In this document: in pieces, positions 1-8,288 of the stretch | Numbering within the stretch: the stretch's first letter is position 1 | How the letters are laid out: every line of letters starts with the position of its first letter | Source of the DNA: a virus | Lineage: Duplodnaviria; Caudoviricetes | Virus record (IMG/VR): IMGVR_UViG_3300009149_000040 | Span: 1-55,008 of that record | Strand: one strand, 5' to 3' | Length of the DNA: 55,008 nt | Notes under the pieces: model-generated | Databases searched by the model: none | The model's input: the letters and a program-made list of their open reading frames with translations, nothing else | What the model was told of the DNA's origin: nothing | Program-made: the position numbers and the translations under genes

Positions 1-30
1 ACCGCCCGACTCGCCGCGCTCGAAGCGGCC

Positions 31-537
31 GTGGAGACGGTGTGGGTGGTTATCTGGGACAAGCCTGGGTGGCACGACGTGGAGGTGTATGCCACTGAGC
101 AGGAAGGGTACAACAGAGCCAACGCGGGCGAAAATACTGGCCATGTACAAATCCGCCGTTGCACAATTCAAGGCACCCCACCCCAGCCCAAGATCGGGCC
201 GAGTGAACTGCTGCAAAGGGCCTATGACGAGGTGCAATACGGTGATGCGGACTTGGCCCTTGGGAGGATTTTGGACTGGATCATCGCCCACGAACAGGAG
301 CACACAATAGAAGTTAGTAAAGGTGTAAAAATGTATGATCTGAGTAAGTCCCCTGTAGACTGTGGAGATTCTAGTTGTATTTGTGCCTATCCTCTAACTG
401 GGATGCGTACAAATGGAGGTTGCCGTTGCGGTAGACGTCACCCTACAGAGATGGAAAACGTTAGGGAACTCAGAAATGCTCTAATGTGGTGGAGAAAGAA
501 GTTCGAGGAAAAGAAAGATGATACAGCTAGTAGCTAG
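31..537 (+). CDS. hypothetical protein, GC-rich N-terminal half and Cys-rich C-terminal half; possibly 5'-truncated or a fusion
   Basis: ORF track; CGDSSCIC...GGCRC cluster after an internal ATG at 331. Confidence 0.55.
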   Translation: METVWVVIWDKPGWHDVEVYATEQEGYNRANAGENTGHVQIRRCTIQGTPPQPKIGPSELLQRAYDEVQYGDADLALGRILDWIIAHEQEHTIEVSKGVKMYDLSKSPVDCGDSSCICAYPLTGMRTNGGCRCGRRHPTEMENVRELRNALMWWRKKFEEKKDDTASS

Positions 538-727
538 GGTGTATTACACCGCAACGGTGAAAGAAGTACAGGTTCCAGTGGGTACGATAGATTCATATGG
601 CAACTGGAGTACGCAGTATAGGTCTATGGAGATAGCTTATGGAAGTTACACCTTTCCGACTATGCAAGAAGAAATATGTAACAACGATTCTGTAGTAACA
701 CGTGGTCCGACTAGTTTTGTTAGGTAG
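518..727 (+). CDS. small hypothetical protein
   Basis: 69 aa ORF overlapping the upstream stop. Confidence 0.45.
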   Translation: MIQLVARVYYTATVKEVQVPVGTIDSYGNWSTQYRSMEIAYGSYTFPTMQEEICNNDSVVTRGPTSFVR

Positions 728-791
728 CCTGGGCCTGCAGGGGCTGGGCTAGGTTCGGCTCGTTGGGGCTAGGAACGTCTTGGCTTGGTAA
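723..791 (+). repeat. GGY-NN pentamer array 1 (candidate guide ncRNA)
   Basis: ggta then gcctg ggcct gcagg ggctg ggcta ggttc ggctc gttgg ggcta ggaac gtctt ggctt ggtaa; strict 5-nt phase, all 13 start with G, 8/13 GGY; intergenic. Confidence 0.8.
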
Positions 792-815
792 ATTTTATAT
801 CGAGGTTTAATTACA

Positions 816-1409
816 ATGGGCAGAAAACCATTCCCAATACGTGGTACTAACTTCTCCCATGAGCGTAGAAAGTTTGCTAGCAACCGGCAACAGTTACGAA
901 ACGATGCAGCTTGGTGGGATCCTGAATCTCGTTACAATTACGACAAAGTAGAAGCAAGGTTAGAGCGAGATGACCTAGATAGAAGACTATTTGCTGAAGA
1001 AATGTATAAAGAGGCTCTTAACGAGTTTGTCGGCTCAGTAAGAGTGTCGTCAGTTACAGGATTATCAAGTGTTACGTGGTCTTATGGTGTTAGTACCGTA
1101 AAAACAAAAGATGACGATTCTCTTGTAGCAACTTATATTAGTAAAGAGGATAGGATACGAGTTTCCGTAAGTAGAATGAGTACCGCAAGTCCTTTTCCGG
1201 ATGTACTTAGAGTTAATGGTTACGGAGAAGAAATAACGGTGTACAGAAAAGAGTATTTAGATTTTTTAGATTCATCTACAGAGTGGGAACGGCGTGTAAA
1301 GTACACCTCAGATAATGAAGTAGCAAAAGATGAAGAATACAGAGATTCTAACAGTGTACGTATTGACCCTTGGAAAGCACGTCTTAAATTAGTGTTAGAG
1401 GCGCAGTAA
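816..1409 (+). CDS. hypothetical protein with two WxxR motifs
   Basis: 197 aa ORF, RBS gaggt; TEWERRV and C-terminal DPWKARLKLV. Confidence 0.7.
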   Translation: MGRKPFPIRGTNFSHERRKFASNRQQLRNDAAWWDPESRYNYDKVEARLERDDLDRRLFAEEMYKEALNEFVGSVRVSSVTGLSSVTWSYGVSTVKTKDDDSLVATYISKEDRIRVSVSRMSTASPFPDVLRVNGYGEEITVYRKEYLDFLDSSTEWERRVKYTSDNEVAKDEEYRDSNSVRIDPWKARLKLVLEAQ

Positions 1410-1436
1410 TGATAAAATAGTCTAAAGCGGGCGTAC

Positions 1437-1510
1437 GGTAGGGCAGGCTAGGCAAGGTAAGGCATAACGTGGTCCGGTGTGTCAAGGCCCGGCAGGGCGT
1501 GGCGAGCTAA
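1437..1510 (+). repeat. GGY-NN pentamer array 2 (candidate guide ncRNA)
   Basis: ggtag ggca then ggcta ggcaa ggtaa ggcat aacgt ggtcc ggtgt gtcaa ggccc ggcag ggcgt ggcga; 10/12 GGY; intergenic. Confidence 0.85.
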
Positions 1511-1517
1511 CTAATTT

Positions 1518-2096
1518 GTGTGTAACATGAAAAAACCTACTAAAACATATACAGGAAAATACTACCGTCACAAAGAACTGTATATCCTACTCAAAGTTGT
1601 TGGAGAGGTAACATTTGAGTGGAGAAACTTTGAAAGTTCTTCTGATAGTTCTGCAATATTGCCTATAGAAGGACTAATTGGATACGAACTAGGTAATACT
1701 AAAACTATCAAGTTAAGTGACCTTATTACATTGTATACACAAATAGGAACGGTGTTTACTAGAAGGGATCTTCCAGATAGTAAATCGTTACCTGAGACGT
1801 TTATTCTTATCCTGGATGAGGACCGTATTGTAACAAACTTACAGTATTCCACTAGTCCTGGTAGAGGATGGTGGCCATTAAGCGTGGCAAAACGAAAAGA
1901 ACAAGGGTTGAGACCGCGTAAAAAACCTAAGGGTAAACCCAAACTAACTAACTACGAAGAAGAGGAAGATGAAGAGTTTGAGGAAGACGAACCTGTTAGA
2001 CGTAAGCCTAAACGTAGTCCTAAGCGTGCTGTTAAAAACATGATAGAAGACAGTTGGGAAGCCAGAGTGGCTCTCATTGTAGAAGATATTGATTGA
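1518..2096 (+). CDS. hypothetical protein, basic/acidic tail with C-terminal WxxR motif
   Basis: 192 aa ORF ending DSWEARVALIVEDID. Confidence 0.7.
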   Translation: MCNMKKPTKTYTGKYYRHKELYILLKVVGEVTFEWRNFESSSDSSAILPIEGLIGYELGNTKTIKLSDLITLYTQIGTVFTRRDLPDSKSLPETFILILDEDRIVTNLQYSTSPGRGWWPLSVAKRKEQGLRPRKKPKGKPKLTNYEEEEDEEFEEDEPVRRKPKRSPKRAVKNMIEDSWEARVALIVEDID

Positions 2097-2102
2097 TATA
2101 TC

Positions 2103-2438
2103 ATGGCAATACCACCAGATGACAATAGGGTAGAAACATATTTCCCTGGTGAATACGTTGGTTTTACAAGTGATAAAAGTGGTTCTTTAACGGTAAACCC
2201 AGGGAGCTACACAGAAGATGTTGTGCTTCAAGTAGACGGAAAACTACTAATATCAGGTATACCTGAAGACTTGAAAACTACTATAGTAAATATGCAAAAA
2301 AGATTGGATAAGTTGGAACGATTTTATACGCAAGTGGTTGTAGAAGCACAAGAGGTGGTGAATGCCGCAGAACAAACAGAAAGCAAAGACGACTGGAAAG
2401 AAAGAGTATTCCAAATCGCAAGAGACCTCGGAATATAA
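2103..2438 (+). CDS. hypothetical coiled-coil protein with C-terminal WxxR motif
   Basis: ORF ending DDWKERVFQIARDLGI. Confidence 0.65.
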   Translation: MAIPPDDNRVETYFPGEYVGFTSDKSGSLTVNPGSYTEDVVLQVDGKLLISGIPEDLKTTIVNMQKRLDKLERFYTQVVVEAQEVVNAAEQTESKDDWKERVFQIARDLGI

Positions 2439-2850
2439 TTCTATCCAACAATCCTACAATGCTCTATATGATGATAGCTTAACCAGACTATTGTACTGCC
2501 CTAGCTGTTTAAGTGACGGTAGAATCAGTAGAACTATCCCAGATGGTGAGGTTTTGAATAGTAGGCGTCCTGGGTTAGTAATGCGATGTAATTCTTGTAA
2601 AGAGTTAACACCTGCACAAGATAGTATTGGGTTGGATGAACTGCTACAGGCCCTATTTAATGTAGAAAAACAAGGATACGCAAAGATGGCACTAGGAACG
2701 AAGCATTACATATTTGTTTCTTTCCGAGGTTGTAGCTCTCACGATGCTGCGATGTGGGAAGCAAAGGGTATAAACGCTCATGGTAAGAAGGTAGACCTAA
2801 TCGTGTGTTCAGGATGGCCTTTCAAGGGTGTTACAGTAAGAACAGAGTGA
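2362..2850 (+). CDS. Zn-finger hypothetical protein (start uncertain)
   Basis: CPSC...CNSC pairs. Confidence 0.55.
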   Translation: MPQNKQKAKTTGKKEYSKSQETSEYNSIQQSYNALYDDSLTRLLYCPSCLSDGRISRTIPDGEVLNSRRPGLVMRCNSCKELTPAQDSIGLDELLQALFNVEKQGYAKMALGTKHYIFVSFRGCSSHDAAMWEAKGINAHGKKVDLIVCSGWPFKGVTVRTE

Positions 2851-2865
2851 GTCAAAGAGAAGTCT

Positions 2866-3105
2866 ATGGACAGTCGTAGTTTGCTTAACCTGTGGATAGT
2901 AGGAATCGTGTTTACGCTTCTGCTACTCACATTATACACGGTTGGTAGCAGACTGATGGACAGCAAAAACAAATATATTAGGTCTATAGGTGATTGTTTT
3001 TATATCACTTCGTACATGATAGGTATATGCTTTGGCATGTCGTTTGGAATAATAGCTTTGGTGATGACTGTTGGGTGGATCATTACCACAGTAGTTGGAG
3101 TGTAA
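2866..3105 (+). CDS. small membrane protein
   Basis: two hydrophobic segments. Confidence 0.55.
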   Translation: MDSRSLLNLWIVGIVFTLLLLTLYTVGSRLMDSKNKYIRSIGDCFYITSYMIGICFGMSFGIIALVMTVGWIITTVVGV

Positions 3106-3131
3106 AATGAAAAAAGAAAAGGAAGTATAAA

Positions 3132-3557
3132 ATGTCGTCTATTACAGAAATGTCGGAAAAAGTAAAAGAGGCTAACGCTACACTGATAGCCGCTCTTGAG
3201 GATACTCGCACGTTCCTGAAGGCTAAAGAGCTGGAAGCTAGGAAAAGTGCGCGAAGTCAAGGAGCTGCTACAGGTAATGGTGCTCTCATCACTGCGGGGC
3301 ACCTCGGTAGGGCGGAAGCTTACAAGGACATCTCACAGCAACTAGATGAGAGCAGTCCCATAGTAGCTACGATAACAAAGTGGGTCAACGTAGCCTGCAC
3401 TATTGGTGTCGAGATAGACCAGCATGTGCAACGGTACGAGGAGCGAGGGGACGCACAAGTAGCAGCGTTACAGAGCATAGCTGGAAGTTTACAGATACTC
3501 GCAGATCAGAAACGAGAAGAAGATAAACCACAGTCGGATACACCTACTGAAGAATAA
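3132..3557 (+). CDS. hypothetical helical protein
   Basis: 141 aa ORF with RBS aagga. Confidence 0.65.
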   Translation: MSSITEMSEKVKEANATLIAALEDTRTFLKAKELEARKSARSQGAATGNGALITAGHLGRAEAYKDISQQLDESSPIVATITKWVNVACTIGVEIDQHVQRYEERGDAQVAALQSIAGSLQILADQKREEDKPQSDTPTEE

Positions 3558-3569
3558 GGATAACAGAAT

Positions 3570-4157
3570 ATGATAATTGGATCACGAATCCCCAAAGAGT
3601 ATGTCAGAGTAAAGGGTGCTGGACAGGCTACTTTCGGTCCTGGAATAGACCCTTGGGAAACTGCAGCTTATGATATCGCGTTACTAAATGCTGGAATAGA
3701 AAACTGTAACATTGTTGCGTACACTAGCGTAATACCTCCAGAAGCAGAAGAAATACCGTTACAGTTAGCTATTGACTCAGGATACCTGCATCACGGAATG
3801 GTGCTAGAATGCATAAAATCCCAGGTGAACGGAAACCAAGGAGATCACATCTGCGCAGGAGTAGGCACTTGTCATGTGTACCAGCGTAAGTGTTTGGGCA
3901 TTGGTACACGCTCTGAGCTGGTACACATTGGAGGATTCGCTGCAGAGTATGAAGGGCACGGAAGTCCAGAGCGTGCAAAAGACGCGCTAGAAGAGGCGCT
4001 AGACGGGATTGTTGAACGACGTTATGGGAAGAACCCTGATTACGTCATAAAAGACCATGAATATACAATCCAAGATCTTATAGTAGACGACGATTACGGT
4101 TGCGTAGTTGTAGCTCTCGGATTTGTAAGGTTTGTAGTACTAGACTACGATAAATAA
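3570..4157 (+). CDS. pdaD: pyruvoyl-dependent arginine decarboxylase (PdaD/AaxB family)
   Basis: N-terminal IPKEY...GAG, AYDIALLNAGIENCNIVAYTSVIPP with the Thr-Ser self-cleavage site, GFAAEY motif. Confidence 0.85.
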   Translation: MIIGSRIPKEYVRVKGAGQATFGPGIDPWETAAYDIALLNAGIENCNIVAYTSVIPPEAEEIPLQLAIDSGYLHHGMVLECIKSQVNGNQGDHICAGVGTCHVYQRKCLGIGTRSELVHIGGFAAEYEGHGSPERAKDALEEALDGIVERRYGKNPDYVIKDHEYTIQDLIVDDDYGCVVVALGFVRFVVLDYDK

Positions 4158-4158
4158 G

Positions 4159-4368
4159 ATGGGGTACAGTCCTTATAGAAGTTCGTTCAGACAAAGGGGA
4201 ACAGAGGGATACAAACTATTTGTCATCATTGTAGCCGTAGTTATCATTGGAGCTGTTTGGGCTGCAGTAAGCAGTGACTGCAATTTAGAAGGTGGTAACA
4301 ACGGAACAAGCGTACGCTCTGGTTCAAGAGGGCACAGCCGTAGCTACTCGCACGGCGGAAAGTATTAG
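4159..4368 (+). CDS. small membrane protein with Gly/Ser-rich tail
   Basis: one TM segment, tail SVRSGSRGHSRSYSHGGKY. Confidence 0.55.
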   Translation: MGYSPYRSSFRQRGTEGYKLFVIIVAVVIIGAVWAAVSSDCNLEGGNNGTSVRSGSRGHSRSYSHGGKY

Positions 4369-4566
4369 GTGGGAAAAATGAAAGCAACAATTGGAAAAGT
4401 AGCAGTTCGTCTTTTGAATGCGGTTACTCGTGCACAGTCGACTACCAGTAACGGTTTTATGATGGAGCTTGAGAAGGAGGTCAACGACCTTCTAGCAAGA
4501 GGGACTAAATACACACTTGTCATGAGCGACGGCAAGATATTGAAAATCAACGTGAAGGTCAGTTAG
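4369..4566 (+). CDS. small hypothetical protein
   Basis: 65 aa ORF abutting the previous stop. Confidence 0.5.
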   Translation: MGKMKATIGKVAVRLLNAVTRAQSTTSNGFMMELEKEVNDLLARGTKYTLVMSDGKILKINVKVS

Positions 4567-4620
4567 CCATGAATTGTGCTGCAGGTTCCTGTAACATAAC
4601 TGAGAGAAGAGTAACTGAAG

Positions 4621-4866
4621 ATGCGCATAGGGTCAAAGAAAAGGAATAGAATAAAACGTAGAGCAAGGGGCATTTGTCCAGATAGACCGACTCCTGTTTT
4701 CTCGCGTATATCCTCTGAAACTAACTGCGTACAATGTGGGGTAACAATCGACTACGTTAAAAGTGTTGATGGAGGTGAACCTGTAACGGTTGTCGCGTGC
4801 CCACAATGCGGTATCGTATTTAATACAGAAACAAAAAATGTCCTGTTACCACCTTATTTTAAGTGA
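4621..4866 (+). CDS. Zn-ribbon protein
   Basis: CVQCG...CPQCG. Confidence 0.6.
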   Translation: MRIGSKKRNRIKRRARGICPDRPTPVFSRISSETNCVQCGVTIDYVKSVDGGEPVTVVACPQCGIVFNTETKNVLLPPYFK

Positions 4867-4872
4867 TCTAGC

Positions 4873-4900
4873 TTGACTCCATGATATACATGGCTATATT
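4873..4900 (+). promoter_or_regulatory. sigma70-type promoter TTGACT-N16-TATATT
   Basis: intergenic near-consensus hexamers. Confidence 0.45.
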
Positions 4901-5632
4901 ATGGTTGGTGAAACTAAACCGCTAGCCTACAAAGAAACTATGTCAAATATTACAAAAACTAATAGTTCTTCAGCTGAGCTACTTGGAGCGGAAGAAGGTA
5001 CAACTGTACCAGAATGGCGTACACGAGTACGAAACATTCTGGAAGGTGAAGAACGTGAATCTGAAAGTATAGTTCTTCCAGAAGATGTATATCTTGCTCC
5101 TTGTAGAATCTGTGGAAAAACCCCAACGGGTACATTTGCAATTTCTAAGGGTATAGAAAAGTATCAGTATGAGTGTTTACGCTGCGGTAATCTAGGAGAC
5201 ATTCTTGCTACGGAGTTCGCTACACGGCGGGCGTGGAACATGGAAAATGGAGGGCAGGTAGCCACTGTACTACGTGAAATAAATGAGACATTACTATACA
5301 GTACAAATATAGTAAGAACATCTCTAGAAGAAGCCTCCTCAAAATTAGATATTATTTGTGACATAGATATTTCCTTTAATAAACTTGTTTTAATGCTAGA
5401 GGAAACCCGTCGAACTATCAGTAACATCATTGAAAATGATTACGGTAGGGATGCGAGTATAAAAGTACGAGTTGAAGGGGGAACACTATCTGGGATGCTT
5501 ACATCAGATATCCCAGAAACTATCAGTGTTATCAATGGTAGCGGTAACGAAGTGACGCGTACGATTGAAACTGGTGTTTATGACATTACATGCGCATTGG
5601 ATATGCTAGCAACAGCTATTAAGAGTAAGTAG
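4901..5632 (+). CDS. Lar-like Zn-ribbon protein with WxxR motif
   Basis: LAPCRICG...CLRCG...AWN resembles the Lar restriction-alleviation ribbon; PEWRTRVRNIL. Confidence 0.55.
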   Translation: MVGETKPLAYKETMSNITKTNSSSAELLGAEEGTTVPEWRTRVRNILEGEERESESIVLPEDVYLAPCRICGKTPTGTFAISKGIEKYQYECLRCGNLGDILATEFATRRAWNMENGGQVATVLREINETLLYSTNIVRTSLEEASSKLDIICDIDISFNKLVLMLEETRRTISNIIENDYGRDASIKVRVEGGTLSGMLTSDIPETISVINGSGNEVTRTIETGVYDITCALDMLATAIKSK

Positions 5633-5643
5633 ATAGGCAACGT

Positions 5644-5829
5644 ATGACAGACATTAGAAAACATAAAGGAGTAGAGTACCATCTTGGTCCTTTTCACAAC
5701 CTGCTTAGCAGTAGTGCTACAGAATGGGAAGAGAGACTTTTGCGTATTCTAGCTGATATTGACAGAGAAACAAGAATACAAGAATTTAACTACGACATGT
5801 ATCTGCTAGCAAAGAAAACTATACTATGA
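5644..5829 (+). CDS. small protein with WxxR motif
   Basis: TEWEERLLRILADID. Confidence 0.55.
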   Translation: MTDIRKHKGVEYHLGPFHNLLSSSATEWEERLLRILADIDRETRIQEFNYDMYLLAKKTIL

Positions 5830-6035
5830 AGCGTGATATAAACAGATCCTATGTAGTAGGTGTTATTGTTGGAATGATCACCTCTGGTGTGGGTGCCCAC
5901 GTGTATAATAAAGGAAAACTAGATAACTGGTGGAACATGTTTCTACTGCTACTAGGTATAAACATCGCTATTATTATAGGATCTGTTATCGCACAAATGA
6001 TTGCAGAAGACTCGTCGGAAGAAGAAGATGAGTAA
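5826..6035 (+). CDS. small two-TM membrane protein
   Basis: two hydrophobic helices, acidic tail, ATGA overlap. Confidence 0.6.
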   Translation: MKRDINRSYVVGVIVGMITSGVGAHVYNKGKLDNWWNMFLLLLGINIAIIIGSVIAQMIAEDSSEEEDE

Positions 6036-6239
6036 CCGTACGTCAACAGATAGGGATTTCTCCAAAAGTAGTAAAGTACCTTGGTGTCCACTTTGTGGCA
6101 ATCCTCCAATGGTCGGTTAAAAAACAGTTTACAAAAACAGACGGCGTAAATAAAAATGGCCAGAAAAATTCATTTGAGGAGATGACAGAGTGGGAAACAC
6201 GCATTAGGTTGATAGTGGGTGAAGAATAAAAATGTACGT

Positions 6240-6366
6240 GGTGAGGCAGCCAAGGCACGGCAGGGAGTGGTCTGGATAGGCGTGTACAGGCAAGCAAAGG
6301 CAGGGCAGGCAAGGCTGGGCACAGTAGGTTGCGGTGCGGCATGGTTTGGTCGGGCGCGGCAGGCAA
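6240..6366 (+). repeat. GGY-NN pentamer array 3, two units delimited by GGCA tetramers (candidate guide ncRNA)
   Basis: ggca(6245-48) + 11 pentamers (6249-6303) + ggca(6304-07) + 10 pentamers (6308-57) + ggca(6358-61); immediately upstream of the Cas7-like gene. Confidence 0.88.
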
Positions 6367-6376
6367 AACAATTTCT

Positions 6377-6412
6377 AGTGCTTCAGGTAACGGTTCAACT
6401 TGAAGTACTTTT
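6377..6412 (+). terminator. hairpin plus T-run closing array 3
   Basis: agtgcttcaggt / acttgaagtact stem (two G-U pairs) followed by ttt. Confidence 0.5.
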
Positions 6413-6447
6413 ACAAAATGAACCATTTAGAACAGGAGAATTGTAAA

Positions 6448-7020
6448 ATGAGTATCATGATTCAACGACCGAATTTGGAAGTGGCTTCCATTTCTATCAA
6501 AGGCACCTCTGCGCTAATCTGCCATAAATGGTCTGAGAAAGCCAAGAAGGAAATGCTGGACAAGCAAATGGGCAAGAACGTGGGTGCCAGGGCCAAGAAA
6601 GATCCCAAGAAGGATTACGAGGATTCTCTCTATCGAACTTCGGATGGAGGATACGGCTTTCCGGCTGTTGCGTTCAAAGCAGCTATGGTTCGAGCAGCCA
6701 AAATGATTGATGGACTGGCCATGACAGATGTCCGACAGATGGTACACGTACTGGCGGAAGACTCTGACCTTGTACGTATCAAGGGCGAGCCTCAGAGTAG
6801 GGAAGACATGGTGCGTCTGGCCAAGGGAGTAGCTGACATTCGCTACCGAGGAGAGTTCCGCTCGTGGACTGCTGATCTCAAGATCCAATACAACGCTGAT
6901 GTTATCTCCGCTGATCAAGTTGCTAACCTGCTCTACCTTGCAGGGTTCAGTGTGGGTGTTGGTGAATGGCGCATCGAAAAGGGTGGCCAATTCGGAACGT
7001 TTACGCTGGTAGAGAACTAG
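6448..7020 (+). CDS. stand-alone Cas7/RAMP-like RNA-binding protein (VIPR-like effector candidate)
   Basis: RBS aggag 6434-38; RAMP-like motifs ISIKGTSALI, GFPAVAFKAAM (cf. IPGSSLKGALR), IRYRGEF..W, C-terminal Gly loop GVGEWRIEKGGQFGTF. Confidence 0.75.
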   Translation: MSIMIQRPNLEVASISIKGTSALICHKWSEKAKKEMLDKQMGKNVGARAKKDPKKDYEDSLYRTSDGGYGFPAVAFKAAMVRAAKMIDGLAMTDVRQMVHVLAEDSDLVRIKGEPQSREDMVRLAKGVADIRYRGEFRSWTADLKIQYNADVISADQVANLLYLAGFSVGVGEWRIEKGGQFGTFTLVEN

Positions 7021-7029
7021 GGGTAACTA

Positions 7030-7533
7030 ATGAGCACTGTTGAGTATTCTTGGCGAGAAGGGTCTAGAGTTCAACTTGACCCAAATGTAGTAGGGCAAGA
7101 GATTGATCGCATCTATGACACATACGGTGCGATCACTCCAGAAACACTAGTCAAGGAGGCTGCTAAGAAAAAGTCTCCGCTTCATGACTACTTTGAGTGG
7201 GATGACTCTGTTGCTGCTGTAGAGTGGAGAAAGCAGCAAGGAAGGATTCTTCTAGGGAGTATCCAGATTAAGAAGGTTGGCGACACAACACCTAAAGTGA
7301 TGAATGTCTCCATCAAGTTGGACGACGGAAGTAGAGCATACCAAAAAGCAGACATTGCTGTGAAAAGTATTTCGCAATGGGAGTTTGTTCTACAAGAGGC
7401 AGTCACCTACCTTGAAAGTGCGCAGAGGAGACTCGATGACTTGATTGCAATCGAGACTAATGGGCGACGAAAGAAAGTAATCAAAGCACGAGATGCCGTG
7501 GCTGCAGCGGCTGCAGAAGTAAGGGGGATGTAA
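7030..7533 (+). CDS. conserved phage protein, probable partner of the Cas7-like gene
   Basis: SPLHDYFEWDDSVAAVEWRKQQGRILL motif; 9 bp after the RAMP gene. Confidence 0.7.
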   Translation: MSTVEYSWREGSRVQLDPNVVGQEIDRIYDTYGAITPETLVKEAAKKKSPLHDYFEWDDSVAAVEWRKQQGRILLGSIQIKKVGDTTPKVMNVSIKLDDGSRAYQKADIAVKSISQWEFVLQEAVTYLESAQRRLDDLIAIETNGRRKKVIKARDAVAAAAAEVRGM

Positions 7534-8288
7534 TGCCAAATGATAACTCGCTTAAAAAAGCAATGACTGACATGATCGATGCGCTGTCTGCTAAACTTCC
7601 TATGCTACAGCAGAAGCTTTACGAAAAGCAGTTAGAAGTTGAACTATTAACTAAAGAGGTTGTTCAAAAAGCAGGCGTACTTTCTGACTTTAGAAAGTCG
7701 TTAAAAGAACGCTTCGGTGAAGGTCAAGACAGTAGAAACCTAGAAACATGGAAACAGGTTGCCCTAGGATACATGAAATCATCCGAAGAGGTAACAATTA
7801 CTGAAGTATTACAAGTGGTTAAGAGTGCAAAAGGTTCTCCTGATCATGTAAACTATAAAACTATCTCAAACTTTCTATTCGCCCTCAAAAAATCAAAATA
7901 TGCTGTAGCGAAACAACGCGGAGTATACCAACTAATCGTAGATCCATCTGCAATTACTGGCGCTCTGGTTAATACGCGTAGCAGCTCTAAGACTACCAAA
8001 AAAGTTACTAAGAGGTCTGCTGCTAAAAAGAAGCGACCGAGTCGTAAAAAGTCTGATTGGATCCCAGTGGCACACAGACTTTTTCGTGACCACTCAGAGG
8101 TGGTGTGGACCAACGCCGCGCTACGTGATGCGATTAAACGTGATGCGAACGAAGAGGTATCTGCACCTAACATGCAAAACTTCCTGCAGCGTACGCTCAA
8201 AACAGGATTCATTACCCGTGTCGAAAAGGGTAAGTACACTTGGAACAGCAACGTTGACACAAGCACAAGGCAAACCAAGGAGAACTAG
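7533..8288 (+). CDS. coiled-coil plus tandem winged-helix DNA-binding protein
   Basis: two wHTH-like units ending KQRGVYQL and VEKGKYTW with a basic linker. Confidence 0.55.
   Translation: MPNDNSLKKAMTDMIDALSAKLPMLQQKLYEKQLEVELLTKEVVQKAGVLSDFRKSLKERFGEGQDSRNLETWKQVALGYMKSSEEVTITEVLQVVKSAKGSPDHVNYKTISNFLFALKKSKYAVAKQRGVYQLIVDPSAITGALVNTRSSSKTTKKVTKRSAAKKKRPSRKKSDWIPVAHRLFRDHSEVVWTNAALRDAIKRDANEEVSAPNMQNFLQRTLKTGFITRVEKGKYTWNSNVDTSTRQTKEN

Noticed and set aside
4833-4843. 11-nt match (aaaaaatgtcc) to the concatenated NN string of array 2 as a self-target
   Set aside because: Short, A-rich, does not extend, and is expected by chance in 55 kb
6028-6229. Programmed frameshift joining a CPLCG mini-ORF to the TEWETRIRLIV frame at ttaaaaaac
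   Set aside because: Plausible, but not distinguishable from two short ORFs or a decayed gene using sequence alone
723-6366. Canonical CRISPR array
   Set aside because: No 23-50 nt direct repeats with spacers and no cas1/cas2; periodicity is 5 nt
6219-6446. 75-aa ORF across array 3 (also reverse-strand ORF 6043-6426)
   Set aside because: Low-complexity ARQG/WxG translation is a by-product of the 5-nt repeat; no RBS; the same repeat occurs elsewhere without ORFs
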